Shown: positions 48,044-60,392, counted from the first letter of the stretch. The stretch: 64,000 nt of DNA from Zootoca vivipara (GCF_963506605.1 NC_083288.1:29946001-30010000); one strand, 5' to 3'. Notes: a model not told the origin generated them from the letters alone. Program-made: numbers and translations.

Positions 48044-49667
48044 TATCTACCCTGTGGGAAGAAGGAGAAAGAGAACTGATAGAATTTAGAGGGCATGAGC
48101 CTGAACATAAGAAATCTGCTGGATAAGACCAAAGACTTATGTAATCTGGACTCTTTTGCCCATACTGACCAATAAGATGACTCAGGAATATCACTGAGCA
48201 TAAGACATGAAGTAAAAAGAGGAACTGAACACTGTACCAAAAAATGTTTTAAAGCACATAGCTGAATGTAACCCTGAACTGGGAATATGGGAACTGTTCC
48301 ATAAACATTTCTGTAGTTTCATCTCTCCTTCAAATTCATCAGCTGTTTTGACTGAAAGAACTAGATTTCATGCCCCAAGAATAAAGATACAAGACAGTTA
48401 ATGTAAATAAAATATAAACAGAACTTTATGTCTGATTTGAATGATTCTTTTTTTTCCATAATCATTTTTATTGTTTTATCTTTGCATACATCATCAGAAA
48501 TCGGAAAGTAACATTTTAGTACAAAAAAAAAGTTAAATAAAAAGTATACAAATTCCAAAATAAGTCTTATCGTGTTTTTTAGCTAAACTGAGAATTGCTA
48601 CAATTTATCAACTTCTTCTTATGACTTATTTGTTTCTGTTCCCTTTCTTGTTTCTATAAATGTTTTCCTTCTGCTCCTCTGGTGATCGACTTCCTCCTCT
48701 CTCTCTTTCAGACTTATTCTTTCATTTAATCAGTTTTGCGCTCCCTAAAATTGTACCTGTCACAAATTATCTTACAAATTAAACATAAAATTTTTGACTT
48801 AGGTTACTTTACAACTGTTACATTTTGTAATGATTTGAATGATTCTTAATTAGAAGCACACACATTGTCTAGTTCAATCACCTTTTTTGTGAAGGAAATT
48901 TGGAGCTAGTGTATCCCCAATGGATGGCTTTTCAATCTTTGCTGGAAGATTTCTGGAAGATCTTAGCCTCCATATATTTAGTCCCTGCATGTAGATAAGG
49001 AAACTCCACTTTCCCTCTCAAATAACACCTTAACTTAAACTGCACTTACATCTTAAAAAGTCAATTTATGGAGTAGAGAGTTGGTGAACAAAGGGTCAGA
49101 AAGGGAAAAGAGGGAAAATATAATATGTTCACACAAAAAATGTCATTCAGATGATTTTTTTTTATTGAGATGGTGAGGGCAAAAGGTGGATTATTACCTT
49201 GCTGTTCATTATTTCTTCTGAATTGCTGTGGTGATCACCCATCAAGCTATGCATTTCTATATGAATCTATGAACATATCAATAGGACATTCAGATTCTAA
49301 ATGGAGAGTAAAGTGTTTCCTCCCACCGATTCTGGTATTTAAGGCTGCTAATGAGGTGTATATGTGCATGTGACTTGAAGGTTTATTTTGGTAGTTTCTC
49401 TCCCTCTTTCTCTTTTGGGTCCAAGCATTTGAGAAACTTGCTACCTGGGGACTACAACAGCTGCATGAGGAAACTTAGCTGGGAAATTATCTTTCATTTA
49501 TTGTGACCATAAAGGATGCAAGGCACAGAAGGTTGGGTGAACCTTTTACTTATTTAAATATTTAAACCCAAAACCTATATGTATAGGGAAAACAACATTA
49601 AAGATTTATTTTATATATATATTTGTAAACTGCTTAGAGTTTTCTTACACTCAAGTGGTGTATAAAT

Positions 49668-49790
49668 CTGGTGTAGTGCAGTGGTTAGAGTGTTGAACTA
49701 AGATTCGGAAGACCAGGGTTCAAATCGCCACTCAGCCATGAAGCTCACCTTGGGTGACCTTAGGCTGCTCTCAAGCTTTTAGCCTAACTG
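49668..49790 (+). mobile_element. Old tRNA-derived SINE head (MIR/Squam-like)
   Basis: A box TAGTGCAGTGG, B box GGTTCAAATC, then CACTCAGCCATGAAGCTCAC..GGGTGACCTT. Confidence 0.7.
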
Positions 49791-49830
49791 CTGTGACAAT
49801 AACAAGGGGAAGGAGGATAGGAAGAAAGGA

Positions 49831-49889
<59 letters not shown>

Positions 49890-50100
49890 GCAAATTACAC
49901 ACATTTTATACAAGGCCATATTCAAACTGTAGATAACATCACCATCTTCACTAAAGCATTCCCACTCTTCATCTTTAAAAGATGGAAAAGAATCTTCTAG
50001 GATGTGACTGCTGTAACATACATATTCAGCCATCATGGGGAACTCTCCATTCTGCCTGTTATGAGAGTTGGGCTCCAGCAACATATGGAAGCCCACAGGT

Positions 50101-50876
50101 TGCGTGCTGAGGTTCCAAGACATCCCCCCAATAACTCACACTTCACACAATATTTTAAGTTTAAGGTTTGGGGCATTAATTTGGCCACAACTTTATTTAA
50201 CTACAACTGAATGTGAGTGGTTGCTTAGGCATTGGTTCTTGCCGTCTGTCCCCTGCCTGGGATAGATCTGACTCCCACTAACCTAGTAGGGGAGCCAGTA
50301 GGTAAGCACCCTCTGGAAGAGATCGGGGCAGGTGCCCACGCCCTTGACCTCATCCCTCAGATGCTCCCCGGGGCTCATGCGTGGGGATAAACAGACAAAC
50401 ATGTAGAGCCCAAGGATTCCTTTAAAGGAATACCCCTAAAGGCAGCAGCAACCATGACAGGCAGGCCCAACCAAATCCGTACCCCTCCACCATCCAATTT
50501 GAACCAATGCCTAACCGCCAACTTTACAAGTTGTGACTTGTTGCAGCGTAGTAGGCAAAAACCACCTGGCACCAGCCAATCAGCCAAGTGGCAAAATTCC
50601 TACCAAGCCCCTGATCCAAAACGGGCAACCCCATGAGAGGCACAGCAAGGTCAATGCAAGAACACCTAAAATTAGAGAAGGGCGGGCGGCAGATTCGTTG
50701 CAAACAGCAAAAGTGGAACTGAAAGCTGCTCGCTAAGCATATATAGGGTAAGGCTGTCATTCAATCATTTGCTACATGCAAATTTCCCCAGCAACAGCAC
50801 ACCCACCAATCACACATGTGGCCATCCAAACTGACCCGCCTCTCCAACCCTGGGATGTCTTGTTAACCCTTCCGCA
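50101..50876 (-). mobile_element. Solo LTR-like element (AATAAAGTTGTGGCC family; a DIRS/Ngaro-type terminal repeat is not excluded)
   Basis: Minus strand reads TGCGGAAGGG...ATTGG...ATTTGCAT...TATATA...AATAAAGTTGTGGCC...ACGCA. Confidence 0.65.
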
Positions 50877-50945
50877 ACCCATGTTCTCCTCTATGGGGAG
50901 AACCTGCTTTCCCAATTTTTATCATACATCATCTATCTATGTATC

Positions 50946-50988
<43 letters not shown>

Positions 50989-51244
50989 ATCTAGACTGTT
51001 TTCTTCAGAACCTTTTGTAAAATGCCAGTTTAGACCCATTTGACGTTTTCTCTCCCCCAAACAGTTTTTAATCTGGGCTTCCACTGAAATGAGGCTGCAT
51101 TTTAAATTGTATTTTAATCCTGTTTTTAAGTTGTATTTTTAAGTTGCATTTTAAGTTGCATTTTAATCCATTGTTTTTATACCTGATGTTAGCTGCCCTG
51201 AGCCCAGTCTTGGCTGGGGAGGGTGTGGTATACTTAGAATTTAT

Positions 51245-51277
<33 letters not shown>

Positions 51278-51279
51278 GC

Positions 51280-51319
<40 letters not shown>

Positions 51320-51821
51320 TACACATTAAATTGATAAATTGAATAAATGAGCAACATTGCATGTATTAATTGGTTTAATAGCATGTATTAATTGGTATCA
51401 TTATTAAACCAATTAAATACAAGTATTGTGTTCAGTTATTCAATTTATCATTTTAATGTTTAAATGTGTATAAATTGGCATTTTACAAAAGGTTCTGAAG
51501 AAAAATATGTGAATTTAATGAACATGCATTAGAGAAATCATTGTTACGTAGGCTGAGACCCTACCTGCCCGCGTACTGTCTCGGCAGAGTGGTGCATGCT
51601 CTAGTTATCTCTCGCTTGAACTACGGTACTGCAATGTGCTCTATGTGGGGCTACCTCTGAAGGTGACCTGGAAACTGCAATTAATCCAGAATGCAGCAGC
51701 TAGACTGGTGACTGGGAGCGGCCGCCGAGACCACATAACACCAGTCTTGAAAGATCTACACTGGCTCCCAGTACGTTTCCGAGCACAATTCAAAGTGTTG
51801 GTGCTGACCTTTGAAGCCCTA

Positions 51822-52561
51822 GTTACAGGTAGGTAGCCGTGTTGGTCGGAGTCGAAGCAAAATAAAAAAATTCCTTCAGTAGCACCTTAAAGACCAACTA
51901 AGTTTATATTTTGGTATGAGCTTTTGTGTGCATGCACACTTCTTCAGATACACTAGAAACAGAAGTGTCAGACCCTATATATATACAGAGGGTGGTGGGG
52001 GTGGGTGGGAATGGGAGATGGGCTGATGGGAGTGGTAAACCTGTAGATGGGTGTTAATGGCTGCTGATGGCTGCAATTAGTCCTGGGCTGAGGTGCTAAA
52101 GAAAGCTTGATCATGCATAATGAGATAAGAATCTGATATCTCTATTCATCCCAGGTGCTTCCATGGTTTTAAGCTTGGTAATGATTTCCAATTCAGCAAC
52201 TTCCCTTTCCAGTCTGTTCCTGAAATTTCTCTGTAATAAAACAGCTGCTTTGAGATCTTGTATAGAATGTCCTGGGAGATTGAAGTGTTCTCCTACTGGT
52301 TTTTCAGTCTTATGGTTCCTGATGTCAGATTTATGTCCATTTATCCTTTGGCGTAGGGTTTGGCCTGTTTGTCCAATATAGAGAGCTGAAGGGCACCGTT
52401 GGCATTTGATGGCATACACAATGTTAGAAGATGAGCAATTAAATAGTCCTGAGATGGTATGTTGGATGTTGTTGGGGCCAGTAATGATGTTGTCCGGGTG
52501 TATACCAAAATATAAACTTAGTTGGTCTTTAAGGTGCTACTGAAGGATTTTTTTTATTTTG
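51822..52561 (-). mobile_element. 5'-truncated Penelope-like element with a GIY-YIG endonuclease segment (52111-52419) and an inverted partial pLTR
   Basis: VYAIKC..C...LYIGQTGQTLRQRINGHKSDIR...VGEHFN. 51857-51917 is inverted at 52502-52562. 13-bp TSD CTTTGAAGCCCTA. Confidence 0.95.
51918..51950 (-). ncRNA. Penelope-type minimal hammerhead ribozyme core, probably inactivated
   Basis: CUGAAGA-A-GUGUGC-AU-GCACAC-(A)AAAGCUC; the copy at 26193 has the canonical GAAA. Confidence 0.6.
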
Positions 52562-52930
52562 CTTTGAAGCCCTAAAGAGCCTCGGTTCAGTATACCTGAA
52601 GGAGCGTCTCCACCCCCATCATTCAACTCACACACTGAGGTCCAGTGCCGAGGGCCTTCTGGCAGTTCTCTCGCTGAGAGAAGCCAAGTTACCCGGAAGC
52701 AGGCAGAGGGCCTTCTCAGTAGTGGCACCTGCCCTGTGGAACGCCCTCCAGCCAGATGTCAAACAGAGAAACAACTACCAGACTTTTAGAAGACATCTGA
52801 AGGCAGTCCTATTTAGGGAAGCTTTTAATGTTTGATGGACTATTATATTTTAATATTTTGTTGGAAGCCACCCAGAGTTGCTGGGGAGGCCCAGCCTGAT
52901 GGGCAGAGTATAAATAATAAATTATTATCA

Positions 52931-52972
<42 letters not shown>

Positions 52973-53289
52973 GGAGAATGTGAGAGTGATTTCTCATATT
53001 TTTTGGAAGTTACAGCACTCTTATTCATGACTACTAAGAAGTAAGCCCAGCGATTTTTATGGGACTTACTTCCATGTAAGTACTATAGGATTGCACCTGA
53101 CCTACTCACATCTGAAAGTGTAGGCTTTATTCCCATGTAATGGGGCATTGGATTTTTTTTTAAGTGTTTGAATATAAGCTTTTTAAGTGTTTAAATATAA
53201 GCTTTATTTCCTTTTTCTCTGTAGAAAAACTGTGAAATATCCACCTCAGTAAGATTTTGACAATAACCCCCCCCCCCACTCCGATGGCA

Positions 53290-53360
53290 GGAATAATGAA
53301 ACACAAATAATGAATCATTAGCATCTACAAACTGTTTTAATTAGTCTCCTAGGGAAGGAG
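53290..53360. promoter_or_regulatory. Homeodomain plus O/E(EBF)-like motif cluster (copy at 59108-59178)
   Basis: TAATGA twice, TCATTA, and TAATTA followed 3 bp later by TCC(T/C)AGGGAA, all within 65 bp. Confidence 0.4.
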
Positions 53361-54126
53361 GACACTCAACACACATTCTATACAACTCATTTAATGTGAA
53401 ACTTTTCAGGGTCAATGCTAGGTGAACATGATTTGCTAAAGTTCTCATCTGCTGAGGATTCCAATTCTGAAATAACTATTGCAACTATTTTTAAATGGTA
53501 CACTTATTTTATTTCTCCAAAGAGAAATCAAAGAAAAAAGAAGGGAAATAGATTAACATTATTAAGATAATGCTTTCCAATCGATATAATGATGTATAAT
53601 TGGTGAGGCAGTTTTTCAGGTGTTTGTGGTCTCAACTGAAGAATTTATCTTAACTGTTCCTCAAGGGACAGTCTTATGCCTTTGAACTAATTTAGTTGAG
53701 CACAATGGATTTTAAAATAATGATGAAAAAATGCACTTTTTCTCTTAGAAGTGATGTAATGCTTAAAACAAACAGCTACTGAAGTATTTGAAGTGTCAAT
53801 TCAAACTAAATAATTTTATTTGTTGTTGTTGTTTAGTCGTTTAGTCGTGTCCGACTCTTCGTGACCCCATTATTTATCCCTTCATAATTACAGCCATAGA
53901 TTAATCTCTTCACAAACTTTTCCAGCTTCTGCCTTCGACTGATATTTGAGTACATCAGCAATAAATCTAAATGTATCATGAGTGAAATTTCAGAATGATA
54001 TAATCCTGAAGGGAGGGGGTTTAGAGATGGATAACAGATGGCAAACATAAAGGAATATAAGAAAGTGAGAAAAAATGTTGGATTGGTGCCACAAAACAGG
54101 TATTATTGAGTAAGCCCTTTTGATTT

Positions 54127-54343
54127 CATAGAATCATAGAATCATAGAGTTGGAAGAGACCACAAGGGCCATCCAGTCCAACCCCCTGCCGAGCAGGAAA
54201 CATCATCAAAGAATTCTTGACATATGCTTGTCAAGCCTCTGCTTAAAGACCTCCAAAGAAGGAGACTCCACCACACTCCTTGGTAGCAAATTCCACTGCC
54301 GAACAGCTCTTACTGTCAGGAAGTTCTTCCTAATGTTTAGGTG
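54127..54343 (-). mobile_element. CR1 3' end (copy at 59945-60162)
   Basis: (CATAGAAT)n tail and CR1 3' UTR. Confidence 0.92.
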
Positions 54344-54523
54344 GGTCACTATGCCACCCACAGGCAGCTGAGGTCAGCTAGAAACAAGGAGTTGAGTTGG
54401 GCATCAAAGGCAAGGACAACACAGAAACATGCCAGAAGCAGGAAGATCTTATTGTCTGAGGAAAGCTCCATCCCCCCCCTCGTGTATTAGACTTAAACTT
54501 TTAAGTTATTTAAGCTGGTTGTC

Positions 54524-54580
<57 letters not shown>

Positions 54581-54854
54581 GTTGGGCCGCCTCCTTGCTA
54601 TCTTACTGTTTCGTGACTGCTTCAGCAAAAGCAACATTTCTTTGCAATCTTATTTATTTGATTAGAACCACATGGACACATCGGGTTGTTTCTATCCTTG
54701 GTTGCTGATTAACCCACTCCCTTCCTGTTAATTGCCAGAGTACATTCTGTGCATTTGTGGATCACATTGATATCAGTAGAAGCAGTGCTTTAGATAAGAA
54801 ATGAGAAGTGCACCATTAATAATAATAATATAATATTTATCCGTATTAATAATA

Positions 54855-54907
54855 CAGTGGTACCTCTAATTACGAATTAATGCGTTCTGAACGCACATTC
54901 GTAAGTC

Positions 54908-54953
<46 letters not shown>

Positions 54954-55134
54954 TACAAGTCGAATCCCATAGGTATGCATTGGGAGAAAAAATTCGTTAA
55001 GTCGAAGCAACCCTATCTAAAAATTCGTAAGTAAAAAAAATCCTATCTAAACCACATCCAATATGGCGGACAGAGCTCCGCTCGTAAGGAGAAACATTTG
55101 TAAGTAAAGTTACTCGTGGGTAGAGGCACCAATG
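54855..55134. mobile_element. Tc1/mariner MITE with internal (AAT)n (copy at 60667-60946)
   Basis: TA|CAGTGGTACCTCTA...TAGAGGCACCAATG|TA. Confidence 0.8.
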
Positions 55135-57309
55135 TAATAATAACAGCAATGAGCTCCGTGCAGATCTTTACAATCACAAATATCTTCTGTTGTATTGGTT
55201 ATAATTGGATTAAGGTTACGATAGCAGTAATACATATGTAATAATAGTACTAATTAAAACAAAAACAAAGCTTATTACAACTCGTGCTTTCTATCGCCTC
55301 GTCCTGGACTCCTTAGGTTATTTTGAGAATGATTTTGCCGGGGTGCTTAGCCTCAGTCTAAGGGTGGCATGGTTTGTGTACCACTAACAGCCTTACTTAA
55401 GTATAAAATGAGAGGTCTTGGGGACTGAGATCCCGGTTCAGAGTTCATACACTTTTGGAACCTCTTACAGGGTTATTCTCTTTCCCTGGCATGCACATAA
55501 TGGTTTCAGTCTCTGGGGACACTTGAACTTCACAAGCCAGGCCGGCCATTCAGTGCACATCTGGCTAGGTTAACCGCTGGACTTCATTCCTCTTCATATG
55601 GGTGTACTCTCTACAACGGGGTATCTCTCTGGCAGGACAATTTGTAATTCTTTCCATATGATCAGGTTCAATCAGGGCTCCTCCACAGACACCAGTGTGC
55701 ACATGAAGTTGGCGGTTACATACAATTTAACCTTTCCAAGTTTCTTCTCATAGTAGTGGCACTTCACCTTGGTATGAAGGACTTCAGAGATCTCTGCGTT
55801 TGTCTTTGGATTGATAGTCGAGCTGTCGACGGTGTCCCTGCAGAGCAAGCGTCGAGTTCCAAGAGGATGTCGCTCCCGTTCTGTGCATTTGTGCAGCTTT
55901 GCCTTAAGTTTATCATCAACTTCTCAGAATTTATTCCCATGGTTACTAATGGCATCACGATGACATACTTCAACGGGCTGAGGGAGTAGTGGCATCTTAT
56001 AAGAGGGCCTGGGCGGATGTGATGGGCTTAGGTCCAAAATCATTTGGGTCAGACTTTGTGGCCTTTTGGCTAGCCTGGTTACTATTGCATGCTATTTAAC
56101 CTTTGGAAGTTTCTTTCATAATAGTTCCAGTTCACCCTGGATGGAGGACTTCAGAGATCACCACATTTGCTTTGGGAGGGATAATCGAGCTGCCATCAGT
56201 GCCCTTGCAAAGCAGTCCAAGATGATGTCACTCCCACTCTGCACAATTGTGCAGCTTCACCTTAAGTTTCTCTTCAACTTCTCAGCACATTTATTCCTGG
56301 GGTTACTAATGGCATCACGATACCTAGCCTCGATGGGCTGTGGGAGTAGCGACATATTGGCTCTGTCCACTCTTATGGCTGATTTCATTGACTTTCGGTT
56401 CAAAGCCTTTGGTTTTCAGATTTTATGGCCTATGGGGATATCAGGGACAGTCAGCCATCCCACCACATATTAGGTGCTTTAATACCTTGCCTGACTGTGT
56501 TACCTGGGCGTGTGGTTAAAACTTTTACTAGTCTGACAGCCGCTATTCCTCTCTTAGCTTATAAATTGAATGAGAATAGGTGAAGGACACCAGGCGATTC
56601 CTGGCCCCTTCCTCATCCATCAGGATGGGTTTGTGAGTCCCCCGCCCCCGACCAGTCCGCTAAGGGCACTTTGTTATCTGACCTAATGCTATCCATACAT
56701 AATTATTGCTTTACATTCGTCAATATAAAACCAGAGGGGGAAGGGTGCCCGCGTGTTACCGCACATTCCTTCCGAATGGAGCAGTGGTACACACGGGCCT
56801 CTCATCGGAGAGAATAAAAGATTTGGGTCGATGGACGTTCAAAGCTTATGAGGGCTACCTCTGCTGCACAATGTGACTAAGCAATTGAGTTTGGCAAATC
56901 ACTTACATTCTTTTGCTTTGTTCTCAGGAGATAATACGCTGAATATCTGGATAGTTGATCACAGTACCATGCACTGGGCTCAGGTGTGCGCTTTTGATTG
57001 GAGATTGGGTCCCAATTTGGGGATACCTCCACGAGTCAAAGTTTCCTGGTTTGCAAGGAGATGGATGTGCTGGGATGGACTCCTGCCAGCTGTGTAGGCC
57101 AGGGCCGCCTCGCAAAATCCCCCTGTTTTCTTGGAGGTGCAGCCTGGTGGAAATGATTTGGCTTAATGTAAAGGCTCTGAGTTGCATTGTAGATTTTAAA
57201 GACTTGGTTGAACTGGTGGCTGCCTTTCTAAATCTTGACTATCTTTGGTCTTCCCTGCTGGAGAGACGCATTTTTGCGCGACTTTCACACCCCCCCCCCC
57301 CGCTGCTAT

Positions 57310-58592
57310 TGATAAATCAAGGAAGTTCTTGGTTCTGGCAGTGGCCAGAAAGGTTTCAGCTTTGAATGGACAAACTATCTTGCACCCAGCCATAAGATTC
57401 TGAGATGACCCAGGGTGAGTCCTAGTCAATGTACATCACAGGACTCACCCAATGGTGGTTAACCCTTCACAGACTGCCAGCACAGCGGGCTGGAGTCATA
57501 TGATGGCATGCATCAAGGAAGTTCTTGGATCTGGCAGTGGCCAGAAAGGTGTCAGCCTGGAATGGACAAACTATATGGCACCCAGCCATAAGATTCTGTG
57601 AGGCCCCAGGGTGAATCCTAGTTGATGTACCCTGTTTCTCATATTTTAAGACATACCCATAAAATAAGCCATAGCAGGATTTTTAAGCATTCAAGGAATA
57701 TAAGCCATACCCCGAAAATAAGACATAGTGATAGGCGCAGCAGCAATGCCGGCCGCGGCAGGAGGAGGAGGAAAAAAATAAGACATCCCTTGAAAACAAG
57801 CCATAGTCTGTATTTTTGAGAAAAAAATAAATATAAGACATGTCTTATAATGTGAGAAACACGGTACATCACAGGACTCACCCAATGGTAGTTAACCCTT
57901 CACAGACTGCCAGCTGCATGTTGAGCACGGCCTCCTTGCAGCAGCCCCTATCCTAGCCGCAGCATCCAGGTTTGCCGTGCTGCTCCTCATCATCTGCACT
58001 ATAATCACACTGACCTACAGGCTCCTCTAACTCCCCCCCCCCCCCGTACGTTCTCCCTTATAGCTTCCACACCTGACAGCCTTGCCTAAGAAAAGGAGTC
58101 CAGCCTGGAGAGCCTCCTTGCAGCTCCGCAACTCCTTCTGCCCTTTCACGTAACTTGCTTTAGAGGGATAAGACATTGGTTGTGGGTGTGAGGGTATTGG
58201 CGGCGAGCCTCAGGAGGCTCAAGTGGCAGTTACGCATTGGAAATTAGCATAAATTACGTCATCATCTGCCCAGAGAGTAGTGAAATATTCCGATAAAGGT
58301 GTTGGGGGCGGAGCTTGTCCTGAGCCTGCGGAGGTCAGGGCCGTAATGCACGCCCCAACGGCAGCCACAGAAGGCGGTTCTGGTAGATGTACATCACTGG
58401 GCACCTTGCTGGTGGTTAACTTCTCACAGACTGCAACACACGGGTTGCAGTCAGATTTGGTGGTTAGGTTCCAATGCCTAAGCCAATACCGCTCAACATC
58501 CGTAACCAATAAAGTTGTGGCCTTTTCACCCAATTAAAATCTATACAGTGTGTCTTGTGTCTTATTTCATGGGAAGGAGGGTCATCGCCACA
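57310..58592 (+). mobile_element. LTR-like element of the AATAAAGTTGTGGCC family with internal ~200-bp direct repeats
   Basis: 57315-57505 is repeated at 57512-57913 and resembles 58380-58460. AATAAAGTTGTGGCC at 58508; ends ...CGCCACA. Confidence 0.55.
57630..57864. mobile_element. Tc1/mariner MITE (copy at 63441-63675)
   Basis: TIR CC(C/G)TGTTTCTCA(T/C)ATT(T/A)TAAGACAT with TA TSD; empty site in the adjacent tandem repeat near 57432. Confidence 0.88.
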
Positions 58593-58595
58593 CAA

Positions 58596-60341
58596 AAACA
58601 ACTACCAGACTTTTAGAAGACATCTGAAGGCAGTCCTATTTAGGGAAGCTTTTAATGTTTGATGGACTATTATATTTTAATATTTTGTTGGAAGCCGCCC
58701 AGAGTGGCTGGGGAGGCCCAGCCTGATGGGCGGAGTATAAATCATGAATTATTATCATATTATTATTATTACTACTACTACTACTACTTTGGAGAATGTG
58801 AGAGTGATTTCTCATATTTTTTGGAAGTTACAGCACTCTTATTCATGACTACTAAGAAGTAAGCCCAGCGATTTTTATGGGACTTACTTCCATGTAAGTA
58901 CTATAGGATTGCACCTGACCTACTCACATCTAAAAGTGTAGGCTTTATTCCCATGTAATGGGGCATTGGATTTTTTTTTAAAGTGTTTGAATATAAGCTT
59001 TTTAAGTGTTTGAATATAAGCTTTATTTCCTTTTTCTCTGTAGAAAAACTGTGAAATATCCACCTCAGTAAGATTTTGACAATACCCCCCCCCCCACTCC
59101 GATGGCAGGAATAATGAAACACAAATAATGAATCATTAGCATCTACAAACTGTTTTAATTAGTCTCCCAGGGAAGGAGGACACTCAACACACATTCTATA
59201 CAACTCATTTAATGTGAAACTTTTCAGGGTCAATGCTAGGTGAACATGATTTGCTAAAGTTCTCATCTGCTGAGGATTCTAATTCTGAAATAACTATTGC
59301 AACTATTTTTAAATGGTACACTTATTTTATTTCTCCAAAGAGAAATCAAAGAAAAAAGAAGGGAAATAGATTAACATTATTAAGATAATGCTTTCCAATC
59401 GATATAATGATGTATAATTGGTGAGGCAGTTTTTCAGGTGTTTGTGGTCTCAACTGAAGAATTTATCTTAACTGTTCCTCAAGGGACAGTCTTATGCCTT
59501 TGAACTAATTTAGTTGAGCACAATGGATTTTAAAATAATGATGAAAAAATGCACTTTTTCTCTTAGAAGTGATGTAATGCTTAAAACAAACAGCTACTGA
59601 AGTATTTGAAGTGTCAATTCAAACTAAATAATTTTATTTGTTGTTGTTGTTTAGTCGTTTAGTCGTGTCCGACTCTTCGTGACCCCATTATTTATCCCTT
59701 CATAATTACAGCCATAGATTAATCTCTTCACAAACTTTTCCAGCTTCTGCCTTCGACTGATATTTGAGTACATCAGCAATAAATCTAAATGTATCATGAG
59801 TGAAATTTCAGAATGATATAATCCTGAAGGGAGGGGGTTTAGAGATGGATAACAGATGGCAAACATAAAGGAATATAAGAAAGTGAGAAAAAATGTTGGA
59901 TTGGTGCCACAAAACAGGTATTATTGAGTAAGCCCTTTTGATTTCATAGAATCATAGAATCATAGAGTTGGAAGAGACCACAAGGGCCATCCAGTCCAAC
60001 CCCCTGCCGAGCAGGAAACATCATCAAAGAATTCTTGACATATGCTTGTCAAGCCTCTGCTTAAAGACCTCCAAAGAAGGAGACTCCACCACACTCCTTG
60101 GTAGCAAATTCCACTGCCGAACAGCTCTTACTGTCAGGAAGTTCTTCCTAATGTTTAGGTGGGTCACTATGCCACCCACAGGCAGCTGAGGTCAGCTAGA
60201 AACAAGGAGTTGAGTTGGGCATCAAAGGCAAGGACAACACAGAAACATGCCAGAAGCAGGAAGATCTTATTGTCTGAGGAAAGCTCCATCCCCCCCCTCG
60301 TGTATTAGACTTAAACTTTTAAGTTATTTAAGCTGGTTGTC

Positions 60342-60392
<51 letters not shown>

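Larger units (their letters stand above)
51547..52970 (+). mobile_element. L2 LINE 3' part interrupted by a Penelope element
   Basis: LQLIQNAAARLVTG..RDHITPVLKDLHWLPV; (TTA)n tail. Confidence 0.93.
52769..58595 (+). repeat. Unit 1 of a ~5.8 kb near-identical tandem duplication
   Basis: Repeated at 58596-64000 with offset 5827 shrinking to 5811; the ORF track gives identical peptides in both units. Confidence 0.97.

Noticed and set aside
51144-51329. Poly-Leu ORF (similar poly-Tyr, Asn, His and Ile ORFs elsewhere)
   Set aside because: Translations of trinucleotide microsatellite LINE tails.
54515-54595. Minus-strand GGCGGCCCAAC and ATGACA, reminiscent of a foamy-virus tRNA-Lys PBS and U5 end
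   Set aside because: The match is imperfect, the order is wrong for U5-PBS, it is split by (AAT)n, and no pol or env homology is visible.
55660-55700. Minus-strand VCGGALIEPD, resembling a trypsin-family N-terminal motif
   Set aside because: No following TAAHC motif and no splice or exon context; treated as chance.
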